Origin: Escherichia virus ECG4 | Sequence record: MN218775.2 | Direction: 5' to 3' (one strand) | Length of the DNA stretch: 39,253 nt | Part shown: positions 26,795-36,791 of the stretch, piece by piece | Layout: each line of letters begins with the position of its first letter | Position numbering within the stretch: the stretch's first letter is position 1 | Made by a program: the position numbers and the translations under genes | Notes under the pieces: generated by a model | The model's input: only the letters and a program-made list of their open reading frames with translations | The model's database searches: none | Told to the model about the DNA's origin: nothing

Positions 26795-29077
26795 ATGGCT
26801 AGTAATATTGAATCAGCTCTGGCTAATCGGACTATTGGTCGTGGCAGAGCGCCTGGTAAAACTATCGCCGTCAACTATCAAGCAGCCAGCGTTCAGGCTC
26901 CAACTGGTGACTCCGGTCTGGCTCGTGCGTTAACTAACTTCGTTGAGTCTGGGACAGGATTGTACAAGCAGTTCAAGGACGAGGAGAAGACCAGAGCTGA
27001 CGAGCGGTCTAACGAGATTATCCGTAAGCTGACTCCTCAGCAAAGACGTGAGGCTATCCAGAACGGCACATTGCTGTATCAGGATGACCCTTACGCTATG
27101 GAAGCACTTCGAGTCAAGACTGGTCGTAATGCTGCCTTTGCTGTAGACGACGAGATTAACGTTAAGATTCAGAACGGTGAGTTCCGTACACGTCAGGACA
27201 TGGAAGAGTATCGCCACCAGCGACTTCAGGACGCCGCTAAGTCCTATGCTGAAGAGGCAGGTATTAACCCTACAGACGAGTTCTTCCAGCGTGGGTTCAA
27301 CGATAACATCACAGACCGCAACATCGCTATCTACGGGTCATTCAATAAGTATTTCAGCAAGCAGTCTGAAGAGACAGCAATGTTGAACACTCGTATTGAG
27401 ATGAACTCGTTCCTTAACGATGGGGACCTGATGCGTTCGCCTGAGTCTGGAAAGACCTTCATGGCCTACCTTCGGGATGGACTAACGACTGCCGCTATCC
27501 CTTCGGACCAGCGAGCACGAGAGGTAATTACCCAGACGGTACGTGACGCAATCCAGAAGTCTGGAGGCTCAAACTTCCTACAGCAAGTGCGAGGAGAGCG
27601 AATCACCCTTAATGGTGTGGACGCTACAGTCGAAGAGATTGTAGGACCTGATGTCTTCAACGCTGCTATTGTTGAGGCACAAGGAACTGAGTACAAGCTG
27701 GTGGCTAAGTATCAGGAAGACTTAGCGTTAGGCGTTCAGTCTGCGATTCTTCAGGATGACCCAACCATTGGTCTTTCCCAGATTCAGAAACTCAAGGAGC
27801 AGAACAACCTGCTTCAGCCGGGTGAAGAACTAACGCCTCAGCGTCAGATGCTTATTAATGCCGAAGCCAGCTTACTGGAAGCGGTCAAGCGTAAGTCTGC
27901 TGAACAGGCAAAGGAGAACACTAAGTTAATCCAGACCCAGAACAAGCAACTGGTCATCGACCAAGTTTATCAGCGACGTCTGGCTGGGGACAACGTGTCC
28001 ACCAACTATGAGGACCTTCCGGTCTCTGAAGCTACAGGAGAGTTCAAGCGTTCAGACATGAACAACTATGCGTCTGCCAAGCTACATCAGATTGACCAGA
28101 TGGACATCCCTGAGGCTGCTAAAGACGCACAGAAGGTGGCATTGTTAAGGGCTGACACTAACAATGGTCCGTTCCGTAATGCCTTCCAGACGCTGACTCA
28201 GGACGCTGCTGGTGAGTGGCAAGCTGCGGTCATCCGTGGGCAGTACGACCCAGACAAGATGCAACGCTTCGAATCTCTTCGTCGTGCCTACACTCAGGAC
28301 CCTTCAAGTTTTGCTGCTCTGTATCCTGACCAAGCTCAGTTGTTCTCTACGTTCGACCAGATGGACAAGATGGGTCTGGACCCTCAGACGATGATTGAAG
28401 CTGATAAGCAAGCTGCAAGTCAAAGCCGTGAGATGCGCATGGAGTCAGACAAGGCGTGGCAGGAGTTGAAGAATGACTCCCGGAATAACGACCTTTCGCG
28501 TCTTCCTACGTCTCTGGACGCAAGTGCTCGTAAGGTCTGGGACTCATGGTACTATCGTACAGGTAACGCTGACGCTGCAACGCAGCAGACTCAACGCTGG
28601 CTGAATGAGAACACCGTAACGTTCCAGTCTGAAGGTTCTGACGGTAAGTCCTTCGGCATGGTGTCCAAGCACCAGCTTATGGTCGGGGATAACCCAGAGT
28701 CGTGGCAGGTTGGTCGAGACATTATCGACACCGCTCGTAAGCAGCTCATTAAGGCCAACCCTTGGGTAGTGAACTCTCAGTTGTCCGTTGTTGAACAGAA
28801 CGGCTCTATCTTCCTCCAAGACGCTACAGGTACTATTCGTATTCGGTACGATAAAGAACTTGTAGGTAAACTCTACCGCGAACAACAGCAGAAGGCACAA
28901 GATGCCGCATACGCTCAGGCAGAACGTGACGCTAACAAGCGAGCGCGTATAGTCGGTACTAAAGCTGCTGGTGACAAACGTCGAGCTGACCGAGAGGCCA
29001 ACATCGAGAAGCGCGGTGGGATGTATAATGACGTCTCACTGGAGGGTATCGCAAACGTACTAATTGGTAAGGAGTAA
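26795..29077 (+). CDS. Internal core protein C (T7 gene 15 homologue), 760 aa
   Basis: Position and length. Confidence 0.85.
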   Translation: MASNIESALANRTIGRGRAPGKTIAVNYQAASVQAPTGDSGLARALTNFVESGTGLYKQFKDEEKTRADERSNEIIRKLTPQQRREAIQNGTLLYQDDPYAMEALRVKTGRNAAFAVDDEINVKIQNGEFRTRQDMEEYRHQRLQDAAKSYAEEAGINPTDEFFQRGFNDNITDRNIAIYGSFNKYFSKQSEETAMLNTRIEMNSFLNDGDLMRSPESGKTFMAYLRDGLTTAAIPSDQRAREVITQTVRDAIQKSGGSNFLQQVRGERITLNGVDATVEEIVGPDVFNAAIVEAQGTEYKLVAKYQEDLALGVQSAILQDDPTIGLSQIQKLKEQNNLLQPGEELTPQRQMLINAEASLLEAVKRKSAEQAKENTKLIQTQNKQLVIDQVYQRRLAGDNVSTNYEDLPVSEATGEFKRSDMNNYASAKLHQIDQMDIPEAAKDAQKVALLRADTNNGPFRNAFQTLTQDAAGEWQAAVIRGQYDPDKMQRFESLRRAYTQDPSSFAALYPDQAQLFSTFDQMDKMGLDPQTMIEADKQAASQSREMRMESDKAWQELKNDSRNNDLSRLPTSLDASARKVWDSWYYRTGNADAATQQTQRWLNENTVTFQSEGSDGKSFGMVSKHQLMVGDNPESWQVGRDIIDTARKQLIKANPWVVNSQLSVVEQNGSIFLQDATGTIRIRYDKELVGKLYREQQQKAQDAAYAQAERDANKRARIVGTKAAGDKRRADREANIEKRGGMYNDVSLEGIANVLIGKE

Positions 29078-32000
29078 CATAATGGCGACTCGTGGTATTC
29101 GCAATAACAATCCGGGTAACATCCGGGTAAGTAAGGACCAATGGGAAGGAATGACTGGAGATGATGGCGCATTCGTCACCTTCGATAGTCCAGAGTCTGG
29201 CGTCCGAGCTTTAGGTAAAAACCTGCTGTCCTACGGTCGCCAAGGCTATGACTCCATCGAGAAGATTATCAACCGATGGGCACCTCCTAACGAGAACGAC
29301 ACTAAGGCTTATATCGACTCAGTGGTGGCTGCAACTGGTATTCCAGCTACCCAGAGTCTCGACCTATCGAACCCGGACACCCTGTCTGCTCTGGCGCAAG
29401 CTATCAGCTTCCATGAGACAGGCTCCCGGTACAATCCTGAAGTCTATCAGAAGGGAGTCGAAAGAGCACTTAACGGCATTAGCCCAAAGACTCCACCAGT
29501 AAGCGCTAACGTATTTGACGCACTCACGGAAGGACTCAAGGCTAAACCTAAAGTAGCTCTGGGCGAGAACCTTCCGAACGCTGCTGGTCTGAACATTGAG
29601 GGTCAAGCATCTGAAGCTCCCAACGAATCGTTCGGTGAGATGTTCTATAAGTCTACTGGCGAGACCATGCAGGAACGAGAGGACCGCTCTACGTGGTTCG
29701 GTTTCGGTGAGGCTACAAAAGCTGAAGTGAAGAACTCTATGATCGGCGTGGCTATCCGCGCTGGTCAGACCGAGGACTCACTGGATGTCATTGGTGATGT
29801 TTTCAACCCGACACGCTGGAACAACCATAAGTGGTCTCGTGAGGAGCTGGACCAGATTCGTAACGCTGGGGTCCTACCTCAGTATTACGGGGTCATTACT
29901 GGTGGCTCCCCTCAGAACCTGACCGAGCTTATTAACTTGGCGCTTGAGAACCAGAAGTTGGACCAAGAGAAGGCCAAGGCAGGGATTGGTGCTCAGTTAG
30001 CTGCTGGTGTGATTGGTGCTGGTGTAGACCCGCTGACCTACGTTCCTATAGCTGGACAGGTTGGTAAAGGTGGTAAGCTGGTCAACAAGATGTTCACCGT
30101 GGCTGCTCAATCTGGAGCACTGTCTGGTGTGTCAGAGATGGCCCGTACCTCAGTGGCTGGTGGTGACGCTCATGTGGCTGAAGCTATCCTTGGTGGTGCT
30201 CTCTTCGGTGGAGGGATGACTGCTATCGCTGATGGTTTAGGCAGAGCCTTAGGTCGCAACACTAATGAGTTTGCTGGCCCAGCTACACGTCTGGAAGCTC
30301 GTGAGACCGCTCGTAACGTTGATGGTCAGGACCTGTCTCGTCTCCCTATTCAGGAAGGTGAGCAGACCTTTAGTCATCAAGGCGTTAAGTTCGCTGACGT
30401 TCCGAATGAGCCGGGTAGTGTACGACTTGAAGATGGATCAATCCTGATTGGTGAGAACCCTCTTAACCCTAAGACACGTCAAGTCTTTGACGAAGTGATT
30501 GAGCCTGAACGTGCCGCTGCTGGTGTGAACCTTGGTGGGCTAACTGAGATTGGCCTGAAGCTGCTTCGGTCCGAGAACCCTGAGATTCGTGGAGTCGCTG
30601 CCGACTTAGTGCGTTCACCGACTGGTATGCAGTCTGGGGCCTCAGGTAAAATCGGGACCACTGCGTCAGACGTATTCGAGAGACTTCGTGCTGTGGACCA
30701 TCGGTTCTACAACGACATCGACGATGCTGTTACTGAGGCACTCAAGGACCCTTACTTCCAGACAGCATTCTGGCGAGACTCTGGCGCATTCCGTCAAGAC
30801 ATCTATCAGCGTGTGTCTATGGCTATCGAAGATGGTAGCGGAAACCTGAAGGCTGAACTGACTACGGGAGAACTGAAAGTCTATGACCTGCTGAAGAACC
30901 AGTTCGACGCCAAGCGTGAGATGATGGAGAACCCAGCTATGTTTGGTCGCCAAGACGCTCAGTCTATCTTCCCGGGTAGCCGCTTCAAGGGGACCTACGT
31001 CCCTCATGTGTATAGCAAACAGATGAAGGAGCTGTACATCAAGGAGCTTGGGAGTCCAGAGGCGTTGCAGGAGGCCATCAAGAAGTCATGGTTGACCAGC
31101 TATGCGTCTCGACCTGAAGTCAAGAAACGCGTGGACGAGGCACTCTTAGAGGCTGACCCTACGTTGACTCCAGAAGGACTTGCTGCTGCGGTCGATAAGT
31201 ACGCCAACGATAAGGCTTACGGTATCTCTCACACCGAGCAGTTCGAACGTTCATCCGTAATGGAAGAGAACATCAACGGTCTGGTTGGTCTGGAGAACAA
31301 CAGCTTCCTTGAGGCTCGTAACCTGTTCGATAGTGATATGTCAATCGTCCTGCCTAACGGTCAGACCTTCAGTGTCAACAACCTGCGTGAGTGGGACATG
31401 GACAAGATTGTCCCGGCCTACAACCGTCGAGTTAATGGCGATATTGCTATCATGGCTGGTACAGGCAAAACCACGAAGGACATGAAGGACTTGGTTGAGA
31501 CCATGATGAACAAGGCTGGGGATGACGGTAAGTTGAAAGGTGAGGTATCTACCTTACGTGACACCTTGAAGATTCTCACTGGTCGTGCTCGACGTGATGG
31601 GGCTGATGATGCAGCCTTCGCTACAGTGATGCGTACAATGACAGACCTATCGTTCTTCGCTAAGAATGCCTACATGGGTGTTCAGAACTTAACGGAGATT
31701 GGTGGTATGCTGGCTCGTGGTAACGTTCGTGCAATGCTTCATGGAGTCCCGATGTTCCGTGACCTAGCCTTCCGTAACAAGAAGGTCGGAGCCTCAGAGA
31801 TTAAGGACCTGCACAATGTTATCTTCGGTAAGGAACTTGATGACTCAATCCGTCCATCTAAACAGGATGTCATTGACCGTCTGCGCTCCTATAGCGACTT
31901 AGGCCGCTGGGCAGCTACAGCTCTGGGGACTGCCAAGTATTACACTGGTGAACTTGCAGTACGCTCTCCGTTCACTAAAGTCCTCAACGGTACGACAAAC

Positions 32001-32969
32001 TACCTGTTAGATGCTGGACGTCAGGGATTCCTGTCCGACATCGTGGAACATAGTCTGACTGGCAGTAAGCGTCGGTTCGATGACCGCTGGCTTAAGACCG
32101 CTGGTATCTCCGACGAGCAGTGGAAGGGCATTAAGTCCCTAATCAGTGAGTCAGTGACTCGAGGTCCAGACGGGAAGTATACCATCAAGGATAAGAAGGC
32201 GTTCAGTCAGGACCCAAGGGCTATGGACCTGTGGCGTATGGGTGACACCATCGCTGACGAAACGTTACTCCGGCCCCACAAGCTGTCAAACATGGACGCC
32301 AAGGCTTATGGTCCTCTCGCTAAGACTGTCCTTCAGTTTAAGAACTTCGTCATCAAGTCCATCAATGGACGTACCATGCGAACCTTCTATAACGCCACGA
32401 AGAACAACCGAGCGATGGACGCTGCTCTGTCCACTGTGATCTCTATGGGTCTTGCTGGTATCTACTACATGGCTCAGGCGCATGTCAAGGCTTACGCTAT
32501 GCAGGATGGTCGAGACCGTGACTACCTCAAGCAAGCTCTGGACCCGACGATGATTGGATATGCAGCTCTATCACGTAGTTCACACCTTGGTGGACCACTT
32601 GGGGTAGCTAACATTCTGGGCGGAATCGCTGGGTATGAGGACACTAAGATGCTCCGTTCGTCTATCCTACCTCGTTCGCCTACAGAGAAGCCTGAACGTG
32701 CCATCGCGTATGGTGCGGCTACAAGTGACCCTGTTATGAATGTTGTTGGTAACTTCTTGGAGCAGGTTCCAGCTTTCGGATATGCTGCTAACGTTGGCGC
32801 TTCGGCTTACAACTTGGCTGGCTACCTCAAGGCTGATACTCGCGTCAACGAGCGTGACTACATGACCGGGATGTATAATACGTTCCGTGAACTGGTTCCG
32901 AACGACCCAATTACCCAGAAGCTGTTGCTTGGAACGTTTGAGGAGCAAGGCATCCACATCAAGGACTAA
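29064..32969 (+). CDS. Internal core protein D (T7 gene 16 homologue), 1301 aa, with a non-T7 N-terminal module
   Basis: Long colinear similarity to T7 gp16 over the C-terminal 1100 aa (NSFLEARNLFDSD, DIAIMAGTGKTTK, HAALSRSS). The N-terminal 120 aa (NNPGNIR ...) differs from the T7 transglycosylase region. Confidence 0.9.
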   Translation: MVRSNIMATRGIRNNNPGNIRVSKDQWEGMTGDDGAFVTFDSPESGVRALGKNLLSYGRQGYDSIEKIINRWAPPNENDTKAYIDSVVAATGIPATQSLDLSNPDTLSALAQAISFHETGSRYNPEVYQKGVERALNGISPKTPPVSANVFDALTEGLKAKPKVALGENLPNAAGLNIEGQASEAPNESFGEMFYKSTGETMQEREDRSTWFGFGEATKAEVKNSMIGVAIRAGQTEDSLDVIGDVFNPTRWNNHKWSREELDQIRNAGVLPQYYGVITGGSPQNLTELINLALENQKLDQEKAKAGIGAQLAAGVIGAGVDPLTYVPIAGQVGKGGKLVNKMFTVAAQSGALSGVSEMARTSVAGGDAHVAEAILGGALFGGGMTAIADGLGRALGRNTNEFAGPATRLEARETARNVDGQDLSRLPIQEGEQTFSHQGVKFADVPNEPGSVRLEDGSILIGENPLNPKTRQVFDEVIEPERAAAGVNLGGLTEIGLKLLRSENPEIRGVAADLVRSPTGMQSGASGKIGTTASDVFERLRAVDHRFYNDIDDAVTEALKDPYFQTAFWRDSGAFRQDIYQRVSMAIEDGSGNLKAELTTGELKVYDLLKNQFDAKREMMENPAMFGRQDAQSIFPGSRFKGTYVPHVYSKQMKELYIKELGSPEALQEAIKKSWLTSYASRPEVKKRVDEALLEADPTLTPEGLAAAVDKYANDKAYGISHTEQFERSSVMEENINGLVGLENNSFLEARNLFDSDMSIVLPNGQTFSVNNLREWDMDKIVPAYNRRVNGDIAIMAGTGKTTKDMKDLVETMMNKAGDDGKLKGEVSTLRDTLKILTGRARRDGADDAAFATVMRTMTDLSFFAKNAYMGVQNLTEIGGMLARGNVRAMLHGVPMFRDLAFRNKKVGASEIKDLHNVIFGKELDDSIRPSKQDVIDRLRSYSDLGRWAATALGTAKYYTGELAVRSPFTKVLNGTTNYLLDAGRQGFLSDIVEHSLTGSKRRFDDRWLKTAGISDEQWKGIKSLISESVTRGPDGKYTIKDKKAFSQDPRAMDLWRMGDTIADETLLRPHKLSNMDAKAYGPLAKTVLQFKNFVIKSINGRTMRTFYNATKNNRAMDAALSTVISMGLAGIYYMAQAHVKAYAMQDGRDRDYLKQALDPTMIGYAALSRSSHLGGPLGVANILGGIAGYEDTKMLRSSILPRSPTEKPERAIAYGAATSDPVMNVVGNFLEQVPAFGYAANVGASAYNLAGYLKADTRVNERDYMTGMYNTFRELVPNDPITQKLLLGTFEEQGIHIKD

Positions 32970-32987
32970 ACTATCACTATAGGAAAC
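32965..32987 (+). promoter_or_regulatory. Phage RNAP promoter (phi17-like)
   Basis: TAAACTATCACTATAGGA at 32967-32984, +1 G at 32982. Confidence 0.75.
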
Positions 32988-33033
32988 GGGAGGCGCTACC
33001 ATAGGTCTCCGTTTAAATCACAAAGGAGGCATA

Positions 33034-35667
33034 ATGTCCACGATTACACAATTCCCTTCAGGAAACACTCGTTACAGGATTGAGTTCGACTACCTAGCCA
33101 GAACGTTTGTTGTTGTTACGCTGGTGAATAGCTCTAACCCTGCCCTGAACCGTGTACTGGAAGTTGGTCGAGATTACCGATTCCTTAATCCAACGATGAT
33201 TGAGATGTTGGTTGACCAATCAGGTTTCGACATCGTTCGTATTCACCGTCAGACTGGAACTGACTTAGTGGTAGACTTCAGGAATGGCTCAGTGTTGACA
33301 GCTAGTGACCTGACCAATGCAGAGCTTCAGGCTATCCATATTGCAGAAGAAGGTCGAGACCAAACTGTTGACTTAGCGAAGGAATATGCCGATGCTGCTG
33401 GTAACTCTGCTGGCAACGCTAAGGATAGCGAGGACGAAGCACGACGAATCGCTGAGAGTATCAAGGCATCTGGTCTTCTTGGCTATATTACCCGTCGCTC
33501 CTTCGAGAAAGGCTTCAACGTTACAATATGGAACGAGGTACTGCTATGGGAAGAGGATGGTGATTATTACCGATGGGATGGTGGACTGCCAAAAAACGTA
33601 CCTGTTGGTTCAACTCCTGAAACGTCTGGCGGCGTTGGTTTGGGTGCGTGGGTTAGTGTTGGTGATGCGTCATTGCGCGCCGATATTGCAAACCTTTACC
33701 AACCGGAACAAATTTATTCGGCACAAAAACGGGAAACACTGTCTACAGTCCTGAGCAGCCGTTGGGCTAATTCGGGAGCAGATAAAAAGAAATTCGTTTT
33801 GACCTGCCATTACTATTCCCAGATTACGATGCTATTCTGGCGGCACACCCTGACTGGACGTTTATTTATCCGGGGTCATTCTGTATCGGGGATGATGGCA
33901 AAATCTATATTACATATGGCCCAAGTAACAACGCAGCTACGGAACGTTTCGTTGTACTTTACTCAGGTGAAGGTGAATACTTACGTATCTCCAGACTATT
34001 ATTGGAGGCACCGGGGTAAATGGTTCTGCGGTATCCGAGGGATTATCGTAACCAATTACTATGGTTCACTTAAGTTATTCCTTGATCCTACGATGGTAAC
34101 TTACCTGAGTTTGATATCTCAGCAGTGCCCTACGGCACCACGATTAGCTATACAGCGTTACACCAAGTGGGTCTGGGCATTAACCGTCAACGTAATGTTA
34201 TTGCGTACTTCAACCCGCATTTGCATTAACTGGTTTCACGGAATTTTCTCCGTATCATGCTGGATACATCACGTCAACTACTACTCATTACGGGTCACTT
34301 CAAACTATGCGACAAGCAATCTGTTTAGCTCCCGGTGTTTTGATCATGGCATTTGGTGGTGTTTACATTACAGGAACAACTGTACAAGCGCCTACTATTT
34401 ATCAGGGTACAAGCATTTAGCACTGATGGGCACAAAATGGTACAGGCAGTACTACCCCTACTCATTTTATTACTGTTTTGATGCTACAGGGTTAATGACC
34501 TCTCGTATAGAGAATCAGGGTGTCTGCTATTCAAATGGTCAAGTATTTACTTTCTGGATTTATATCAATACAACTGCCTCAAATGCGTATACTATCGGTA
34601 TCCTGATTACTCAAGAATATTCGAACTCCCCGGATTTGATTTTTCTGGGGCGGTTACGGTATCCCCGGTTACGATACTGTTCGAATGGCTTCTGGGTTTA
34701 CCCTCGTATTCTCTTACAGATCTGGATGGAGTTGCCTACCCAATTGGGATACAGCTTCATATCAGCAACCTCAATAACCTCAGCTTCTATAGATCAGACT
34801 GGGCCACTACCCGTAAGACTCTGCGCGTTACTTATCACACTTCCGGTTATACCGTATTTACTGGGGCTATCGGTTTACAGACTTATCGCTTATCCCTCAA
34901 TAATACTGACTCTGGTGCATTATCCCAAGGTCGAATTGCAGCTAGGGCTTTCGGTAATAAAACTTTATCCGAATCAGAACAGATTCTTGTCCTCGATCAA
35001 CAAAGTTCCGCATCTGCACATTCTCTTATCTTACGTGGTGGATCGTCGGTATTTAAGAGTGCTACGTCTATTATATCTATACGCCATCGAATACTGCCAC
35101 CTACGGTTTCGGGCGACGGATTACTACCAAAACATACATCTCTACGTCCATACACAGATAACGCTTACAATTTACGCGGCCCAGCATTACGTGTGGCTCA
35201 AGTCTTCGCAGCGATTGGTACTATTAATACGTCCGACTCCCGTGAAAAACTTACCCGTTTCAAATCTCGGATCATATCCTTCATGCCTGGGCGACGTGCA
35301 GATAATCACGTACAAGTGGTTATCTTCTATTGCGGGTACAGGTGCAGATTCTGCTCGTTGGCATTTCGGGTATTTGCCCAGCAAGTTCGTGATGCCTTCG
35401 TATAGCATGGTTTCATGGTACTACCTTCGGTCTGCTTTGCTATGTCGAGTGGGAAGATCAGTATCAACCTCAGTTCGTTCATCAGGTTATCACTGTTATT
35501 ATTCATGGTGTAGATACCGAAGTTACCCGTCAAGTGGAAACCGGTATTACCATACTTACTACAGCTGCCGGTCATCGCTGGGGCATTCGTCCAGATCAGT
35601 GTTTCTGGTTGAGGCCGCTTATCAGCGACGTCGCTGCGACAGGATTGAAACACGACTGACTGACTGA
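33034..35667 (+). CDS. Tail fiber/tailspike ORF, 877 aa: T7 gp17-like N-terminal adaptor domain, then an anomalous central region
   Basis: N-terminal about 230 aa matches T7 gp17 ([36 protein letters not shown]). From about 33750 to 35600 the open frame encodes a Tyr/Cys/Trp/His-rich, Asp/Glu/Lys-poor sequence. The ORF ends in the three-frame stop TGACTGACTGA. Confidence 0.5.
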   Translation: MSTITQFPSGNTRYRIEFDYLARTFVVVTLVNSSNPALNRVLEVGRDYRFLNPTMIEMLVDQSGFDIVRIHRQTGTDLVVDFRNGSVLTASDLTNAELQAIHIAEEGRDQTVDLAKEYADAAGNSAGNAKDSEDEARRIAESIKASGLLGYITRRSFEKGFNVTIWNEVLLWEEDGDYYRWDGGLPKNVPVGSTPETSGGVGLGAWVSVGDASLRADIANLYQPEQIYSAQKRETLSTVLSSRWANSGADKKKFVLTCHYYSQITMLFWRHTLTGRLFIRGHSVSGMMAKSILHMAQVTTQLRNVSLYFTQVKVNTYVSPDYYWRHRGKWFCGIRGIIVTNYYGSLKLFLDPTMVTYLSLISQQCPTAPRLAIQRYTKWVWALTVNVMLLRTSTRICINWFHGIFSVSCWIHHVNYYSLRVTSNYATSNLFSSRCFDHGIWWCLHYRNNCTSAYYLSGYKHLALMGTKWYRQYYPYSFYYCFDATGLMTSRIENQGVCYSNGQVFTFWIYINTTASNAYTIGILITQEYSNSPDLIFLGRLRYPRLRYCSNGFWVYPRILLQIWMELPTQLGYSFISATSITSASIDQTGPLPVRLCALLITLPVIPYLLGLSVYRLIAYPSIILTLVHYPKVELQLGLSVIKLYPNQNRFLSSINKVPHLHILLSYVVDRRYLRVLRLLYLYAIEYCHLRFRATDYYQNIHLYVHTQITLTIYAAQHYVWLKSSQRLVLLIRPTPVKNLPVSNLGSYPSCLGDVQIITYKWLSSIAGTGADSARWHFGYLPSKFVMPSYSMVSWYYLRSALLCRVGRSVSTSVRSSGYHCYYSWCRYRSYPSSGNRYYHTYYSCRSSLGHSSRSVFLVEAAYQRRRCDRIETRLTD

Positions 35668-35690
35668 CGTACGTACGTACGTACGTACGT
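35654..35690. repeat. Perfect tetranucleotide tandem tract: (GACT)x3 then (ACGT)x6, with TGA in all three frames
   Basis: Read directly: GACTGACTGACTGACGTACGTACGTACGTACGTACGT; TGA at 35657, 35661, 35665. Confidence 0.95.
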
Positions 35691-35785
35691 GCTTGAAGGT
35701 TGTGGAGGTAGAGGCTAACTACACGCTGACCAACGTATGGTAACAGCTTTGGGTCACGGACGACCCGCTTTAAACTGGAGGTTTT

Positions 35786-35980
35786 ATGATTGAGTTAGAC
35801 TTCAAGAATGAGGTCCTTAAAGCCTCTCCTATAGTCGGGACCGCTGCGGCTGATGGTGCCAGTCGGTTCTTCTTTGGACTTACACTGAACGAATGGTTCT
35901 ACGTTGCAGCTATCGCGTACACCGTTGTCCAGATTGGTGTGCTAGTCTACAAAACGATTAAAGGAGGTGGTAAAACATGA
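35786..35980 (+). CDS. Holin (T7 gene 17.5 homologue), 64 aa
   Basis: FFFGLTLNEWFYVAAIAYTVVQIG near-identical to T7 gp17.5 (LFFGLSLNEWFYVAAIAYTVVQIG). Confidence 0.85.
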   Translation: MIELDFKNEVLKASPIVGTAAADGASRFFFGLTLNEWFYVAAIAYTVVQIGVLVYKTIKGGGKT

Positions 35981-36240
35981 CGCAGATGGACTTAGAGAAG
36001 TTCCTCTTGATGCTTGATACTGAGCGTGCTCGACTTATGCTGCAAGACTTGCGGGATGACACTAAGCGTTCACCTCAGCTCTACAACGCCATTGAGAAGC
36101 TGCTTGCTCGTCACAACTTTGTGTTAAGCAAGGTGTCTGTTGACGAGAAGACGCTCGCTGATATGGAGGCCCTGAACGCAGAGTACGATAAGGTGCTCTC
36201 CGCTACGGAAGATAATGACACCGGGTATGGTGTTCAATAA
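35977..36240 (+). CDS. Terminase small subunit (T7 gene 18 homologue), 87 aa
   Basis: Position and length (T7 gp18 is 89 aa); ATG overlaps the holin stop. Confidence 0.8.
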   Translation: MTQMDLEKFLLMLDTERARLMLQDLRDDTKRSPQLYNAIEKLLARHNFVLSKVSVDEKTLADMEALNAEYDKVLSATEDNDTGYGVQ

Positions 36241-36244
36241 GCGT

Positions 36245-36287
36245 TAGACTCAAGGTCATTACTGTATGTAGTGGCCTTTATGGTTAA
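36245..36287 (+). promoter_or_regulatory. Conserved hairpin element (candidate RNase III site, R18.5-like)
   Basis: TTAGACTCAAGGTCATTACTGTATGTAGTGGCCTTTATGGTTAAC; third copy of the element. Confidence 0.45.
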
Positions 36288-36341
36288 CACTAACTAGTGG
36301 AGGAGACTCTACGTGCAATCTGATAAACCGGGAGGGCAACT

Positions 36342-36791
36342 ATGCTCGAATTTTTAAAGAGAGCTGCTCCGTGGTTACTTGCAGCAGTGATGTTTGCTGG
36401 TGGCTACCACACCGCTAACAATAAGTGGGAGGCTAAGGTCAATGAAGAATACACCTCGAATCTTAAGGCATCGGAAGATACAAGGCTTGCTGTCCAAGCT
36501 GAAGTCAACAAAGTGTCCAAACGGTTTCAGGACGAAATGTCCTCGCTGGAAGGCAGCACTGATAGGATTATTGCTGATCTTCAGTCTGACAATAAGCGGT
36601 TGCGCATCCGAGTCAAGCCAACGAGTGGAACCACGCAAAGTGACGGTCGATGCGTCATTGATGGTTACGCCGAGCTTGACGAAAGAGATGCTAAACGTCT
36701 TATCACCATCGGAGTGAAAGGAGACAAGTGGATTAAGGCCCTTCAGGACACTGTGAGAGCCTTGCAGCAAGATAAGGAGGTGACGCATTGA
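36342..36791 (+). CDS. i-spanin, Rz-like (T7 gene 18.5 homologue), 149 aa
   Basis: [22 protein letters not shown]-terminal TM and [22 protein letters not shown] matching T7 gp18.5. Confidence 0.85.
   Translation: MLEFLKRAAPWLLAAVMFAGGYHTANNKWEAKVNEEYTSNLKASEDTRLAVQAEVNKVSKRFQDEMSSLEGSTDRIIADLQSDNKRLRIRVKPTSGTTQSDGRCVIDGYAELDERDAKRLITIGVKGDKWIKALQDTVRALQQDKEVTH
36394..36717 (+). CDS. o-spanin, Rz1-like lipoprotein (T7 gene 18.7 homologue) embedded in the +1 frame of the i-spanin gene; start uncertain
   Basis: [24 protein letters not shown] (lipobox ISGC) ... [20 protein letters not shown] matches T7 gp18.7. Confidence 0.7.
   Translation: MLVATTPLTISGRLRSMKNTPRILRHRKIQGLLSKLKSTKCPNGFRTKCPRWKAALIGLLLIFSLTISGCASESSQRVEPRKVTVDASLMVTPSLTKEMLNVLSPSE

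Noticed and set aside
33034-35667. Calling the 877-aa ORF an intact endosialidase-type or other named tailspike
   Set aside because: Only the gp17-like N-terminal domain and a short C-terminal tail look protein-like in this frame; I cannot support any catalytic-domain assignment from the central region.
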